Origin: Scenedesmus sp. PABB004
Taxonomy: Eukaryota
Reading direction: 5' to 3'
Length of the DNA: 64,000 nucleotides
Assembly (NCBI GenBank): GCA_014905635.1
Contig: JABVCE010000011.1
Coordinates: 1,054,001-1,118,000 of the forward strand
Below are positions 1-12,217 of this stretch, piece by piece. Position 1 is the stretch's first letter; each line of letters opens with the position of its first letter. The translations under genes and the position numbers were made by a program. Under the pieces are notes generated by a model. The model was not told the DNA's origin. It was given only the letters and a program-made list of their open reading frames with translations, and searched no databases.

Positions 1-87
1 GCGGGCGGCGCCCGGCCGGCGCGGGGGCGGGCGCGGGCGGCGCCCTGCCGCGGCGCGCCGACGACGCGGCCCGGCGGCGCGGCGCAG

Positions 88-2343
88 GTGCTGCTGCTGG
101 CGAGCTACCGCGGCAGCGCGCTTGAAGGCGCGATGCAGCGCCGCGTGGGCGAGCGCATGGACGTGTGGAGCCTCGGAGTGTGCATTTTTGAGCTGGCGGC
201 CGGTGCGGCCGCCGCGGGACCGCCGCGCGCGCCGCCGCGCCGCGCTCGGGCGGCGCCCGACCCGCCCCGACCCCCCTGACCCGCCCCGACCCGTCCCACG
301 CCGCCCCGTGCCGCCGCGCCCCGTCCCGCGCCGCCGCGCCACAGGCTACAAGCCCTTTGCGGGCGTGTCCTATGAGGGCATCGCCTCGGCCATCATCCAG
401 CACGCTGTCGCGGAGCTGCCGCCGCACGTGAGCCCCGCGCTGCGCGCGTTCATCGCCGCCGCGCTCACGTACGACCCCGCGGCGCGGCCCTCCGCGGCGG
501 CGCTGCTCGACCACCCCTGGCTGCAGGCGCTCGCGCCCGGCGCGCCGCGCAGCGACAGCGCGTGCAGCCTGCTCGGCATGTCCGGCGGCGGCGCCAAGGC
601 GGGCGCGCAGCAGCAGGCCAAGGGCGGCGTGGCGGCGCCGCCGCGGCGGCTCGGCGCCGAGCCCGGCGGCGGCAAGGCCGCGCCGGCCATCGCGGCGGCG
701 CTGCGGCAGCACCTGCCGCCCGGCGTGCCGCTGCACGGCTGGCACGCCGCGGGCAGCTCGTGCGCGGGCGGCAGCTCCTGCAGCGGCTGCTGCGCCGGCG
801 GCTGCGACGGCACGCTCACGGGCAGCAGCTGCGGGCACCACAGCCCGAGCGTGAGCAGCAGCTGCAGCAGCAACGCCCTGCTCAAGTGCAGCGCGCGCGA
901 CCTGGGCAGCTACGGCCGCTCCGGCGGCGGCGGCGGCGGCGGCGTGGCCGTCGCGGCCGTCGCCGCGGCGGCGGGCGTGCTGGGCGGCGGCGCCGGCGGG
1001 GCGGCGATGTGGGCGCTGCAGCAGCAGCACGCGGCCGTCGGCGGCGCCACCGCGGCCGCGGCCGCGCCGGCAGCGGCGTCACCCTTTGTGACACACGCGC
1101 TGCAGCCCTTTGCAGGTGCGGGGCGCGGCGCGTGGCCCGCTTGCGGCGCCGGCGCTGCAGCGCCACCGCGTGCTCCGCGCGCGTGCGGGGGCGCCGCCTC
1201 ACACGCGCCTCCCCGCTCCGCCCGCCCGCCGGCCGCCGCGCAGGCCTGCGCGTCGCGCGCAACACCAGCGGCCTGAGCACGCAGCACGCCGAGTGGAGCA
1301 CCACCGACAGCAGCTGCAACGGCGGCGGCGGCAGCCCGCGCAGCGTGCTTGGCCGCATGGGTCTGAGCGGCGGCAGCGCGCTCGCACGCCAGCTCATGCC
1401 CTGGGCGTCAGCCGGCTCGGCCGCGCTGGGCCTGCAGCCCGCGCCCAGCGGCGCGTGCCTGCATCCCGGCGCCGGCGCGCCGCCCCAGCAGCAGCAGGCC
1501 AGCAGCCAGGCGCAGCAGGCGCCGGGGCAGGCCGCGCCTTCTGCGGGCGGCGAGGGGGGGCAGGCGCCGGCGCAGCCGGCTGCGCCGCCGCAGCTCGATG
1601 CGCATGGCACGAGCGCGGGCGGCGCGGCTGCGCCTGCAGGCGCCCCACAGCAGCACGACGCGCCCGGCGAAGGCGCTGCGAACGGCAGCCCGCGGCGCGG
1701 CAGCAGCGGCAGCGGCAGCGGCCGGGGCGGCAGCCCCCCGCAGGCGCTCGTTGCCGCACTGCAGCAGCAGCAGGCGCCGGCGCGGGCGCCGGCGCCGGCG
1801 GAGCAGGCCGCCGCGGCCGCCGCAGCCGCCGCTGCAGCCGCCGCGGCCGCCGCGGCCGGCGGCGCGCACCTGTCGCCGCTGGCGATGGCGGTCGCCGCGG
1901 CGGTCGCCGAGCACAACCGCAGGCAGCCGCGCAGGTGGACGCCCTTTGCGCTGCGCGTGCACCAGCTCCGCGTCGCGCAGGTGCTGCTGGCGGAGCGCCA
2001 GCGCGCGACGGCGGCGCCGCCGCCGCCGCCGCCCGTCGCGCCGCTGGTGCCGCTGCAGCCCACCAAGCTGCCGGTCTCGAGCGAGGAGGAGGAGGACGAC
2101 GAGGCGGCGGCCGCCCAGGCGGCGCCGGCAGACGCGGCCGGGCCGAGCAGCGGCGCCGGCGGCGCCATGGCGCGGCCGCCGGTGGTGGAGATGCAGCAGC
2201 AGCTGTCGCTGGGCCGCACCGCGCCTGGCGGCGGCAGTGCTGGCGCCGCCGCCGGCGTCGGCGGTGGCGCCGGCCCCGACACGCAGCCCAAGCCGCAGCC
2301 CAAAAAGCGCTGGCTCGCCTGCTTCGTGCCGCGCGCCGTGTGA
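88..2343 (+). CDS. Ser/Thr protein kinase, 3' part (gene starts before window), long low-complexity C-terminal tail
   Basis: Exons 88-202, 345-1115 and 1244-2343 are joined by GT-AG introns. They give DVWSLGVCIFELAAGYKPF and RPSAAALLDHPWL (kinase subdomains IX-XI) and end KKRWLACFVPRAV*. Confidence 0.85.
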
Positions 2344-2909
2344 GCGCGCCGGCGGCGCGGCGGAACTGCACATGCGGGCCGCGGCAGCACTCGGGGCGCG
2401 CCTGCATCGCTCTCTCTCTCTCTCCTTCCTTGTGCCTGCGGCGCACCCGAGCGCAGCGCCTGTGCGCTCCGGCCGCTCGGGGCGCTGCCGGCGGCCGCCG
2501 GCGCGACACCCGTGCGCGCGCCCGCGCGCCTGTGGACTGTGTGTATGACAAGCAACACGAGGCCAGCCGACCCATAGGACGTGCAGCTAGCGAGGACGCG
2601 CAGCTAGCGGGGAGGCGGTGTGTGTGTGGGCCTTCAACGCATGCGCCCGGCCAGTCGGCGCGGCGGCGGAACGAGCTCCAGGCAGCCAAGGGCAATCCAC
2701 TGCCCCTGCACTAACGCATGCGTCCGCTTTTCTCTCTGCATTGCGGGGGGCGGGCGCAGCGGGCGCGCGTCCTGTGCCGGCGCCGCGCCGCGCCCGGGGT
2801 GGCGGCGGACGGCGGGCAAGTTGGGACTCTCGGCAAGTTGCTGCGACGCCCGACCCAGCGTCTGCCCAGCGCAGCAGCAGCAGCAGCACACCCGCACAGG
2901 CGGCGTGGC

Positions 2910-2951
2910 GCACACGAGCACAGACCCGACGCACACGAGCACAGACCCGGC
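2910..2951. repeat. 21-bp tandem duplication in convergent 3' region
   Basis: GCACACGAGCACAGACCCGAC followed by GCACACGAGCACAGACCCGGC. Confidence 0.8.
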
Positions 2952-3049
2952 GCAGACCGGCCGCACACAGTGCAGCACACAGCACATCACGCGCGCCGCC
3001 AGCATGCTCGCCCCCAGCAGCAGCACCCAGCAACCGGGCCCGCGCCCGC

Positions 3050-4504
3050 TCAGCTGCCGGGCGGGGGCTCCTCGCTCTCCGCGCGCAGCAGGTGCGCCGA
3101 CGGAATAAAAACTCCGGTGCCGCGCGGCCGCACGGCGGCCGGCGCCTGCGCCTCGCCGCCCGCGGTGAGGTCTGCCGCACTGCCGCCCGCGAGCCACGCC
3201 GCCACGCCCGCGCCGCCGCTGGCGGGCCAGCTCGCGGGCACGCCCGGCGTGCCGGGTGCCGCGGGCGGCGCGGCGTCGTCGTCACTGCCGCCGCCGGGCG
3301 CGGCGCCTCCGAGCGCGCCGGCGCGCTGGCCGCCACCGCGGCGGTACCAGGGAGCGTGCGCAGGGCCGGCAGCAATCTGGGCGTCAACCAGATGCCGCAC
3401 AACCGCCGCCGGCAGCTCGGGCAGCACCTGCCGGCGTGCGTGCGAGACGTGCAGCCAGCGCATGAGGCTGGCGGGGTCCATGGAGCTGCAGCCGGCCGGC
3501 CAGCTCGCCAGCTCGGGCAGCTCGCGGCCACCGGCGGCGGCCTCGGCAGCCACGCCGGCGCGGGCGGGCGAGCCCAGCCAGCCGCCGCTGGCGTGGGCGC
3601 CCGGCACAAGCGGCAGCGCGCCAGCCGCGCCGGCGCGGACCCCGCCCCAGCTGCTGACGTCGCGCGTCGCCGCCAGGCCGGGCGCCCAGGCGAGCTGCTG
3701 CGCCGCAACGCTGGCCGCCCAGGGGTGCGGCAGCTGGGCGGGCAGGTAGTAGGCCCCGCCTGGGCCTGGCAGGACATAGTGCTGGTGCGGCGCGCCCGCC
3801 AGCTGCAGCCCGCCTGCCAGCGGTGGTGCGCAGGCCGCCGGCACCGCGACAAAGCCGCCCGCGTCCGGCGCCCACGACCGCAGCTGGTGGTGCGGGCCCG
3901 GGTCGGCCTGCGCCTGGCGCTGGCGGCGGCCGCCACCGCTGCCGTGCGTGCGCGTGGCGTCCGCGCTGCTGCTCGCAGCGTCGGCGCCGTCGCCAGCGCC
4001 CGCCTCGAGCTCGCCGCCGCCCTGGTCCTGGCCCCGGCCCGGCTCGTCGCCGCCGGCCGGGCTGTGCGCCGCCTCGTGCCGCAGCTTGGCCCTCGTGCGA
4101 GAGCCAGCGAGGCTGGCCACCGCAGGCAGCTGAAGCGGCGCCGGCGGCGCGTCGACGACCGTCGGGCCGCCACCGCTGCAGGCGCGGCGCGGCGCGGCGG
4201 GGTCGAGGCTGCCTGGCTGCGACGCCAGCAGCGCGCCCGGCACCAGCGCCGCCGCGTCGCGCGGGTCCACGGAGGCCTGCGGCGAGGTCGGCGTTGAGGC
4301 CCGCGCGCGCGCGCGCGCGCGCGGGCGCAGCGAGCGCCGCGCCTCGGCCGTCTGCAGCATTCGCAGCACGCGGCTCGGCTGCCCCGCCAGCGCCAGCTCG
4401 GCACCCACGGCCGCAGCCTGTGCTTGATCTCCGCGCAGGACGCCCGCCGCGGCCGCGTCCTCCAGAGTGAACGGCGCGGACGCCCCCGACGCCGGCGGCT
4501 CCAT
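3050..4504 (-). CDS. Uncharacterised single-exon protein (484 aa) with C-terminal GTGVFIP motif
   Basis: ATG-initiated ORF MEPPASGASAPFTLED... with GC3-rich codons. It ends RPRGTGVFIPSAHLL..., a short motif I recall from uncharacterised green-lineage proteins (not verified). Confidence 0.65.
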   Translation of the reverse strand: MEPPASGASAPFTLEDAAAAGVLRGDQAQAAAVGAELALAGQPSRVLRMLQTAEARRSLRPRARARARASTPTSPQASVDPRDAAALVPGALLASQPGSLDPAAPRRACSGGGPTVVDAPPAPLQLPAVASLAGSRTRAKLRHEAAHSPAGGDEPGRGQDQGGGELEAGAGDGADAASSSADATRTHGSGGGRRQRQAQADPGPHHQLRSWAPDAGGFVAVPAACAPPLAGGLQLAGAPHQHYVLPGPGGAYYLPAQLPHPWAASVAAQQLAWAPGLAATRDVSSWGGVRAGAAGALPLVPGAHASGGWLGSPARAGVAAEAAAGGRELPELASWPAGCSSMDPASLMRWLHVSHARRQVLPELPAAVVRHLVDAQIAAGPAHAPWYRRGGGQRAGALGGAAPGGGSDDDAAPPAAPGTPGVPASWPASGGAGVAAWLAGGSAADLTAGGEAQAPAAVRPRGTGVFIPSAHLLRAESEEPPPGS

Positions 4505-4878
4505 CGCCTCGGCGCGCGCGGCGGCGCCGGTCTAGCGGCTGTCTCTGGCAGCGGGCACCATGCCCGGGGCGGCGCGGCGCGCTGCTGGCCGGCGTCAGCA
4601 GCGCAGCGCGCCCGCCGCTGCCGCTGCCGCACCCGCTGCCGCCGCAGCTGCGGGCGCGCGTCGGCCGCCACCACCTGCCGCCAAGCGCGGGTCACCGCTC
4701 GAGCAAGGCACGGCGCGGTCGCCCGACGGGCGAGGCGCTGCGCCGCCGAGGCCGAGGTTGCGCTTCTGGGGCGGCGGCGGGTTAGGGCGCCGGCGGGTCA
4801 CGGCGCCCTGTCCAGCAGACCTGCAGCAGCCCAGTGAAGACCCTGGGACCGCGGGCGCCGAGCTCCGCCGCCGGCGCG

Positions 4879-6744
4879 ATGCGCTCGGCGAGGCTGCCAG
4901 CCGCCGCCGCGGGCGGTGCGCTCACCTTCATGCGCGCGCGTGGACACCACAGGCTCGGCTGCATGGCAGAGCGCGTGGCGCCGCGCCCACAGGTGCGGCG
5001 GCGGCGGCAGCGGAAGCAGCGGATGCCGCGCCCGGCGGCCGCCGCCAATAGGGCGCCCTCCAGGCCCCCTGGGCGTGCTCCACGGGGTCATGTCGATCTT
5101 ACCGACCCGCAGCCGAGCCGGCGGCCCGGGGCACGGCCGACGGCGGCGACTGGCGCTGCTCGCCGCCGCTCACTCGGCCGCCGCCACCGCCGCAGAAGCA
5201 GCAGCACAAGAAGCAGCAGCAAAAGCAGCAGCGGCAGCAGCAGGAGTGGGAGGGCCTGGCGGCGTGGCGCGCACGCGGCGTGGACGCGCGGCGGGCGTGG
5301 GGCGCCGACAACCGGGCGACCGCGGGCAGCGAGCGCGGCGGCGGCGCGGCCGCGGCGGTGCCGCTGCCGGCCTCGCTGGTCGGCGTGGCGCTGCAGGTGC
5401 TGCACACCGCCGACCCGGCCGCGAAGGCCGCGCTCACGCACCGGTGCGGGCGCCGCTCACCCGCACAAGGGAGGGGGAAGCTCAACCCACGTGCCCCGCG
5501 CGCGCCGGGCGGGCCGCCGCCGGCTGCCTGCGCGCTGCGGCTCACCCGCGCCCGCGGCCGCGCCGCAGCGGCTGGTCGGCCTACTGCAGCGGCCGCATCT
5601 CGCTGCACGACCCGCCCGGCGGCGCGCCGCCGCGCGCGCCGCCGGCCCGGCCCGCGCGACCCGCGCGCCCCGCGCTCGTGGCGCCGCGGCACGTGCCGCC
5701 GCCCAAGGCCTCGCCGCTGCCGCTGTCGGCGCACCTCCTTCACAACCTGGCTCACATCGAGCTCAACGCCGTCGACCTCGCCTGGGACACGGTCGCGCGC
5801 TTTGCGCCCCTGCGCCTGCCCGCAGCGCTGTGAGCGCCGCCCGCCCGCGGGCCGCGGCGCGCGCCAGGCGCCGCCGGCGCCCGCTCGCCAGGCCCACGCG
5901 CGCCGCGCCGCCCGCCGCGTGCAGGTATGAGGACTTTGCGCGCGTGGCCGACGACGAGAGCCGCCACTTCTCTTGGTGCGCCCAGCGCCTCGCCGAGCTG
6001 GGGTACAGCTACGGCGACATGCCGGCGCACGACCTGCTCTGGCAGGGCGCGGAGGGCTCGGCGGGCGACCTCGGCGCGCGGCTCGCGGTCGTGCCGCTGT
6101 CGCAGGAGGCGCGCGGGCTCGACGCGGGGCAGCGCCTCGCGCAGCGCCTCGTCGGCGCGGGCGACGCGCGCAGCGCGGCCATCGTCGCGGCCATCGCGGC
6201 CGAGGAGCGCGCGCACGTGGCCGTGGGTGCGCGCGCGCCGCCCCCGCCGCCCGCCGCCCGCCGCGCGCCGCCCGCGCCCGCCGCGCGCCGCGCCCGCAGC
6301 GCCCGCGCCGCAGCCGCCGCAGCCGCCTGACGCTGCTGCGTCCGCGCCGTGCGCCGCCCGCCGCCAGGCGTCGTGTGGTTCACCCGCCTCTGCGCCGCGC
6401 TCGGCGTGGACCCGCCGACGGCGTTCCGGGCGTGGCTCGCGGCGCTCGGGCCGGAGCTGCTCAAGGGGCCGTTCTCGCACGAGGAGCGGCAGCTCGCCGG
6501 CCTGCCGCGCTCGTGGTACGACGTCGAGGCGTGGCCCGAGGAGCTGGCCGCGGCGGTGGTCAAGCCCGAGGTCGCGGCCGCAGCGCGCGGGCGGGGCCTG
6601 ACCCTCGCGGACGCGGGCGGGCCGCCGGGCGCGCAGCGGCCGGGGCTGCCGCCGCCCAATGCGGTGCCGACGGGGGGTGCGCCGCTGGAGGCGCTGCGGC
6701 AGCGCCTGTGGCGCATGGTCGAGGCCGAGGCGGCGGCCTGCTGA
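4879..6744 (+). CDS. DUF455 / ferritin-like family protein
   Basis: Introns 4993-5063, 5444-5568, 5830-5924 and 6226-6367. Motifs LHNLAHIELNAVDLAWD, DESRHF, YGDMPAHDLLW, LSQEARGLDAG and EERAHVAVG are typical of DUF455. The start codon is uncertain (4879, 4930 or 4963). Confidence 0.85.
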
Positions 6745-7015
6745 CGCGACGAGCAACCCTCTCGCCGCCGGCCCGACGCGCAGTCACACGCAGTCAGTCA
6801 GCAGTCACACGGCGCATTCTCAGTGGCACGCTCACGGCCAGCGCGAGCTCACTCACAGCAGTCCTTGGCCCGCGCGCACGCGCGAGCAGCACCCAGTGCG
6901 AGGCGCTGCCGTTCTCTCCCCCTCTCCCCCCTCCCCGCCCCAAAGCGCGGGGGAGAAATCAGTCTGCACATGTGTGGTGTACACTGGGGCTCCGCACCAT
7001 CAGCCTGCCGGCGGC

Positions 7016-7987
7016 TCAAACCGCCGGCTGGCTCCTCACGGCGCCGTTTGCGGGGCCGCGCGTCGCGTCGTCGCGCCGCATGCTCGACCGCGGTGTGCCG
7101 CCGCCGCCACCGCCGCGGCTCCCCGCAGCGCCCGCCTCCACCACCGCGACGCCGCCGAAGCGCACGCGGCCGCCGTCGGTGCTGCCCTCCTCGCCGCCCG
7201 CCGCCTCGCTCGGCAGCCGCGCGGGCTCCGCCACGGCGCCGTCGGAGGCGCTGCCGGCGTCGCTGGCGCCGGAGCGCAGCTGCTCCAGCGCGCGCGCGTA
7301 GTAGTCGGCCTGCGCCGCGCCGGGCGAGCCGGCGCCGCCGTCGGCGCCGGACGCGGTGCGGCGGAGGCGCGGCAGCGTGATGCTGTCCTGAATGAACGCG
7401 GCGCGGAGCCGCGCGTGGGCCGGCTCGCTGTCGCCCTCCACGCCGGCAAAGGCGACCATGCGCACGCGCATCACCGCGCCCTCGTCCTTGTCCCTGTCCT
7501 TGGCCGGCGGCCCGCCCTGGTCGGCGTCGGCCGCGCCGGCGCGAACGGTCGACGAGGCGCGGCGCCGCGCGACCACCACCGAGTCCACGCCGCGCGCCAG
7601 CTCGCTCAGCAGGGACTCGTCCAGTGCCGGCTGCACGCCCTTGTTGGCGGGCGCCGCCGCGGGCCCTGGCCCCGCGGCCGCGGCGGCGCGGCGCCGGCGC
7701 AGGAACAGCCAGGTCATCACGCCCGCCCCGGCGAGCGCCGCGGCGCCGGCGCCCGCGGCAGCGACGAGCCCGACGCCGACCGCTGCGAGCGACGACGGCG
7801 CGGAGGCGCGCGGTCAGCACAAGTCGGCGACCGCGGGCGCGGCGTCTGTGCAGCGCGGCGTGCGGCGCCACGCACCGCCCAAGCGGACGGACGCGCCCTG
7901 CGCGGCCGCGGCCGCGGCGCGACCGCAGGAGGCCAGCAGAAGGAGGAAGGCCGGCGGCGCGGCGCGCCGCGCCGCGTGCCGGCTCAT
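7016..7987 (-). CDS. Uncharacterised predicted single-pass membrane protein
   Basis: ATG at 7987 (MSRHAARRAAPPAFLLLLAS...). One GT-AG intron with a GCTGAC branch-like site joins to the hydrophobic segment AVGVGLVAAAGAGAAALAGAGVMTWLFL-RRRR and ORF 7016-7720. Confidence 0.55.
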
Positions 7988-8419
7988 GGTGCCTGCGGGG
8001 CCACCGGGTCGACGGCGCCGAGCGGCTTCGCTGGGGCGCGGTCACACGCAAAAAAAGAGGCTGGCAGTGGTGCGCGCGGGAGCGTGTTCCCGGCGGGAAG
8101 ACCGGCAGCGTCGACTTGGACGATGGGGGGCGGCGGGCCACGTTTTGAGGGGGAGATAGAGTGCTGCACCTCCTGGCGCGTGCCGGCAGGACGAGCGAGC
8201 TGCCGGGAAAAGTGAGTGACGGGCCGCGTCTCAGCAGCAGAACGAGCCGTCGACCTTCCCCCTGCGCACTGCCAGAGACTGGTGATGACCGTGGGCGCAG
8301 TGGCCCGCTGAGCCGCCGTGCGCGAGCAGTACAGCAGCGAGCGGCGCGCGCTGATCACCGGCGGCGCTCGATTGCACGTTCGCCGCCGCCGCCGCTCCGC
8401 TGCCTGGACGCCGGCCGCC

Positions 8420-9524
8420 ATGAAGCGAGCGCCGCTGTCGCTGCTGCTCGCGGCGGCGCTGATGGCGGCGCTGTGCGGCGGCGGGCCGCGCGGCGCGGCG
8501 GCGTCGGCGAGCGTGGAGGCCTCGCTGGACGGCGGGCGCAGCTTCTTCGCGGCCGGGCGCATCAACCTCGAGGACGACGACCTGCTGGTGCGGGGCGCGG
8601 CGGGCAGCGAGCGGGAGGGCAGCTGCGGGGCGCGCCCGCGCAGCCGCTGCAGCCGCTGCGCCGCGCACGACGCGCCGCCGCCCGGTGCGCTGCGCGCGCA
8701 GGGCGCGGCGGTGACGGGCTCGTACGAGCGCGAGCCACTCGGCGCGGCGCAGCTGGAGCAGCTGCGGGCGCTGGTCGAGGCCGACGGGCTGTACCTCTGG
8801 CGCGTGCGCCTGCCGGGCGCGCCCCCGGTGCTGACGTCGGTGCGCGCGGCGTGCCTGGCCGAGGCCTTTGCCGACCAGGCGCCCTCGCTCGCGCTCGATG
8901 CGGGCGGCGCGATCGTGGCGGCGCAGCTCGCCGTGCCGGCGCCGCCCGACGGCGGCTGCTCGCCCGCGCGCGGCCTCGCCGCGCTCGCCGCGCTGCCGCC
9001 CGCTGCGCTCGCCGAGCCGGGGCCGCTGCACGTGGCCGTGCACGTCCCCGGCCGCGCGCCGGCGGTGCCGCAGCTCGCGCCGGCGGAGGGTGGCCCCGCG
9101 CCGAGCCTCACGAGCGCGGGCCCGCAGCAGCCGGCGCCGCCGCCGCCGCCGGCGCAGCAGCAGCAGGCTGGCGGCAGCGGCGGCGCGGGGCAGCGGGGCG
9201 GCGAGCGCGGCGCGCCGCCGCCCGACACGCGCACGTGGTGGCAGAAGAACTGGCTGTTCGTGATGGCCGGCGGCACGATGGTGGGCGCGGGGGTGCACGC
9301 GGGCGGGCGCACGCGCGCCGCTCCGTCGCCGCCGCGGCAGCAGGGCCTCACGCGCCGCGCCGCGTCGCGCCGCGCCGCGCCGCGCCGCGCCGCAGGTGCT
9401 CAACCTGGCGCTCAAGGCCTTTGTCGACCCGCCACCCCCGGCGGCGCGCCCGGCGCCCCAGGCGCCGCGCGCCCCGCGGCGCGGCCCGCGGGGGCGGCGG
9501 GACGGCGGGCGTAGCGTAGCGTAG
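8420..9524 (+). CDS. EMC10: ER membrane protein complex subunit 10-like
   Basis: Signal peptide MKRAPLSLLLAAALMAAL, then GLYLWRV...LTSVRAAC, and C-terminal RTWWQKNWLFVMAGGTM|VLNLAL resembling the EMC10 FWxKYW-TM motif. Two GT-AG introns, the second 9281-9395. Confidence 0.7.
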
Positions 9525-9640
9525 CGGCGGTTGCAGGGCAGGGCAGGGCCGCGGTGCGGTCGCGCCGGCCGGCGTCTCAGGGCGCACCTCGTGACGCAGC
9601 GGCGCAGAGGGCAGTCGGCGCGCGCAGCCGGTGTGGCTGT

Positions 9641-9645
9641 TGTAA
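9641..9645 (+). terminator. Chlorophyte poly(A) signal TGTAA
   Basis: TGTAA about 115 nt after the EMC10-like stop. UGUAA is the established Chlamydomonas-type signal. Confidence 0.6.
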
Positions 9646-9749
9646 GCGCGCCCCCTCCACGCCGTTTGAGCGGTGCTGCAGACGCAGACGCGCCCACCGC
9701 ACAGCAGCGCGCGCGGCGGCCAGCGCAGCGGCAGCGGCGGCGGCGGGCA

Positions 9750-12098
9750 ATGCAGCAGCGGGCGCCGGGCCGCGCCGCGGCGCCGGCGCGGCCGCAGCGG
9801 TCGGCCATGGTCTGCCGGGCTGCTGCGGACGCGCCCAAGCGCGTGGTGGTGCTCGGCGGCACGGGGCGCGTCGGGTCGGCGAGCGCAGCATCGCTGGTGG
9901 AGAACTTTGGCGCCCGCTACGAGATCACCGTGGCCTCCCGCAGCGCGGAGTCATTCGAGAAGGCCGTGGCGTTGCGCCCCGCCCTGAAGGCGGCGCGCTT
10001 CGCGGCCTGCGACATCGGCGACAAGGGCGCCGTGAAGGTGCGCTGCCCCGCCCAGCGTGTGGCCCGGGGGCCGCGCGCCGCCGCCGCGCGCCGCCGCGCG
10101 GCCGGCCGCCGGCGCAGCCGCCGCCCCGCGCGCGGCGCCGCCCTCCCGCCGCCGCCCCACAGCCGCTGCCGCCGCGGCGCCGCGGCGCGCGCGCAGGCGC
10201 TGATCGGCGGCGCGGACCTCGTGCTGCACACGGCGGGGCCGTTCCAGCACTCGGCCAACTTCAACGTCATCGAGGCCGCCCTCGAGACCGGCACGCCCTA
10301 CGTCGACGTCTGCGACGACACCGCCTACTCGGAGCGGTGCGCGGGCAGCTGCGCAGCGGCGCCGAGCTGCCGCGGTCGGAGCCGCGCGGGCGCCGCCGCC
10401 GACGCCCCGCATGCCGCGCGCGCAGCGTGAAGGGCTACCACGACGCCGCCGTCGCGGCGGGCGTGCCCGCGCTCACCACGGCCGGCATCTACCCAGGCGC
10501 GGGCTGCTCGGCGCCGCGGGCTGCTCGGCGCCGCAGGCTGCTCGGCGCCGCAGGCTGCTCGGCGCCGCCGTGCGCTGCTCGGCGCGTCGCGCTGCGCCGG
10601 CTCAGCCCCCCCCCCCCCCCCCCCCGCCGCCGCGCGCAGGCACGAGCAACGTGATGGCCGCGCACATCATCGCCATCAGCCGCGGCGAGTACGACGACGA
10701 CTGGGCCTACCGCACGCCCGAGCCGGGTGCGGCGCCCGGCGCCCGCGCGCGCGGCGCCCGCGCGCCGGCGGCGGCGGGCCCGCCATTGTCGGCCCGGCGC
10801 CGACCCGCGCGCCGCGGTCCCGCCGCCGCGCCGCCCGCAGGCGCGGGCGTGGAGCCGGCGATGCTGCGCTATAGCTATTACACCGCCGGCAGCGGGGGCG
10901 CGGGGCCGACGATCCTGGAGACGAGCTTCCTGCTCGCGGGCGAGCCGGTCACGGTCTACCGCGATGGGCAGGCCTTCACGCTGCCGCCGATCAGCAACCC
11001 GCGCGAGGTCGACTTTGGCCCCGGTGCGCGGCGGGCGCGCCGCGGCCCGCGCGCACGCCGCCGCCCGCGCATCCGCCCCCTCGCGTGCGCAGCCGACGCC
11101 GCCGACGCCGCGCGCGCGCGCCGCGCGCGCCGCCGCCGCCGCGCGCCCGCGCCGGCCAGGCCTCGGGCGCAAGAGCGTGTGGCTGTACAACCTGCCGGAG
11201 GTGGCGTCGGCGCACAAGTACCTGCGCGTGCCGGGCGTGAGCGCACGGTTTGGGACCGACCCCTTCATCTGGAACTGGGCGATGTGGGCCGTCGCGCGGC
11301 TCTGCCCGCCGGGATTCCTCAAGGACCGCAGCCAGGCACGGCGGCGCGCGGCGGCGCGCGGCGGGCGCGGCGGGGCAGCGCAGCAGGGCGCGGCGGGGCA
11401 GCGCAGCAGGGCGTGGCGGGAGCTGGGGCGCGGCGGCGGGGCGGCGCAGCGCGCCCACGGCGCGCGCGGCCGCGGCGCGCGGGCGCGCAGGTGCGGGGGC
11501 TGGCCAAGCTGAGCGACCCCTTCGTGCGCGCGGTGGACAGGATCATCGGCGAGGCGGTGGTGCGCCCGCGCCGCCGCGCTGCGCCGACGCGCTGTGCCGC
11601 GCGCCCCGGCCTTACCTCGTGTCGCGCGCGCCGGCTGCGCCGTGTGTCGCGCGCCGTGTGACGCCCGCGCCGCGCCGCGCAGGGCATGCGCGTGGAGGTT
11701 GACTTTGAGGGCGGTAAGAACGCGGCGGGCATCTACGTGCACAAGCGCCTGCCCGAGGCCATGGGCAACAGCGTCGCCGCGTTTGCGCACGCCGTGCTCA
11801 GCGGCCAGACGGCGCCGGGCGTGTGGTACCCGGAGGAGCGCGAGGCCCTCGCGGTGCGCTTGCGGGGGCGCAGGGCTGCGCGGCGCGCGGCGCGGGGGCG
11901 CGGCGGCGTGGCACGCCGGCCGGCGGCGCGGAAGGCGTGACACCGCGTGGCACCGCGCCCCGCCGCTTCCCCTCCACCCAGGACCGGCGCGCGTTCCTGC
12001 AGTACGCGTCCAAGGGCTGCAGCCGCTTCGACCTCAACCGCCCGGCGTGGGCGCTGGAGAGCGAGGTGCGGCAGCTCGGCGGGCTCATTTATTGGTGA
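9750..12098 (+). CDS. Saccharopine dehydrogenase-like NAD(P)-binding oxidoreductase, probably plastid-targeted
   Basis: Transit-like N-terminus, VVVLGGTGRVG Rossmann motif, DLVLHTAGPF, YVDVCDD, TAGIYPG|TSNVMA, YYTAGSGGAGPTIL, GVWYPEE; ends LGGLIYW*. Eight introns, two with GC donors (10497, 11336). Confidence 0.88.
10501..10568. repeat. 17-bp intronic tandem repeat x4
   Basis: (R)GGCTGCTCGGCGCCGC four times inside GC-AG intron 10497-10639. Confidence 0.85.
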
Positions 12099-12212
12099 GC
12101 CGGCCGCGCGCACGCGGGTGGCTGCAGGCGCAGCCACGCCGCGGCGGGAGAGTTGCAGGAGCCGTTGCGTGCGTGAGAGAGGGGCCTGCCGTGCGGCGCC
12201 CTGTGGCGCCGC

Positions 12213-12217
12213 TGTAA
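12213..12217 (+). terminator. Chlorophyte poly(A) signal TGTAA
   Basis: TGTAA 115 nt after the stop at 12098. Confidence 0.65.

Noticed and set aside
8281..8359. Possible box C/D snoRNA (GTGATGA at 8282, CTGA at 8308 and 8351)
   Set aside because: There is no proper terminal stem outside the boxes, no clear C' box and no rRNA-complementary guide that I can recognise. It lies in the EMC10 promoter/5' region. A snoscan or Infernal run could rescue it.
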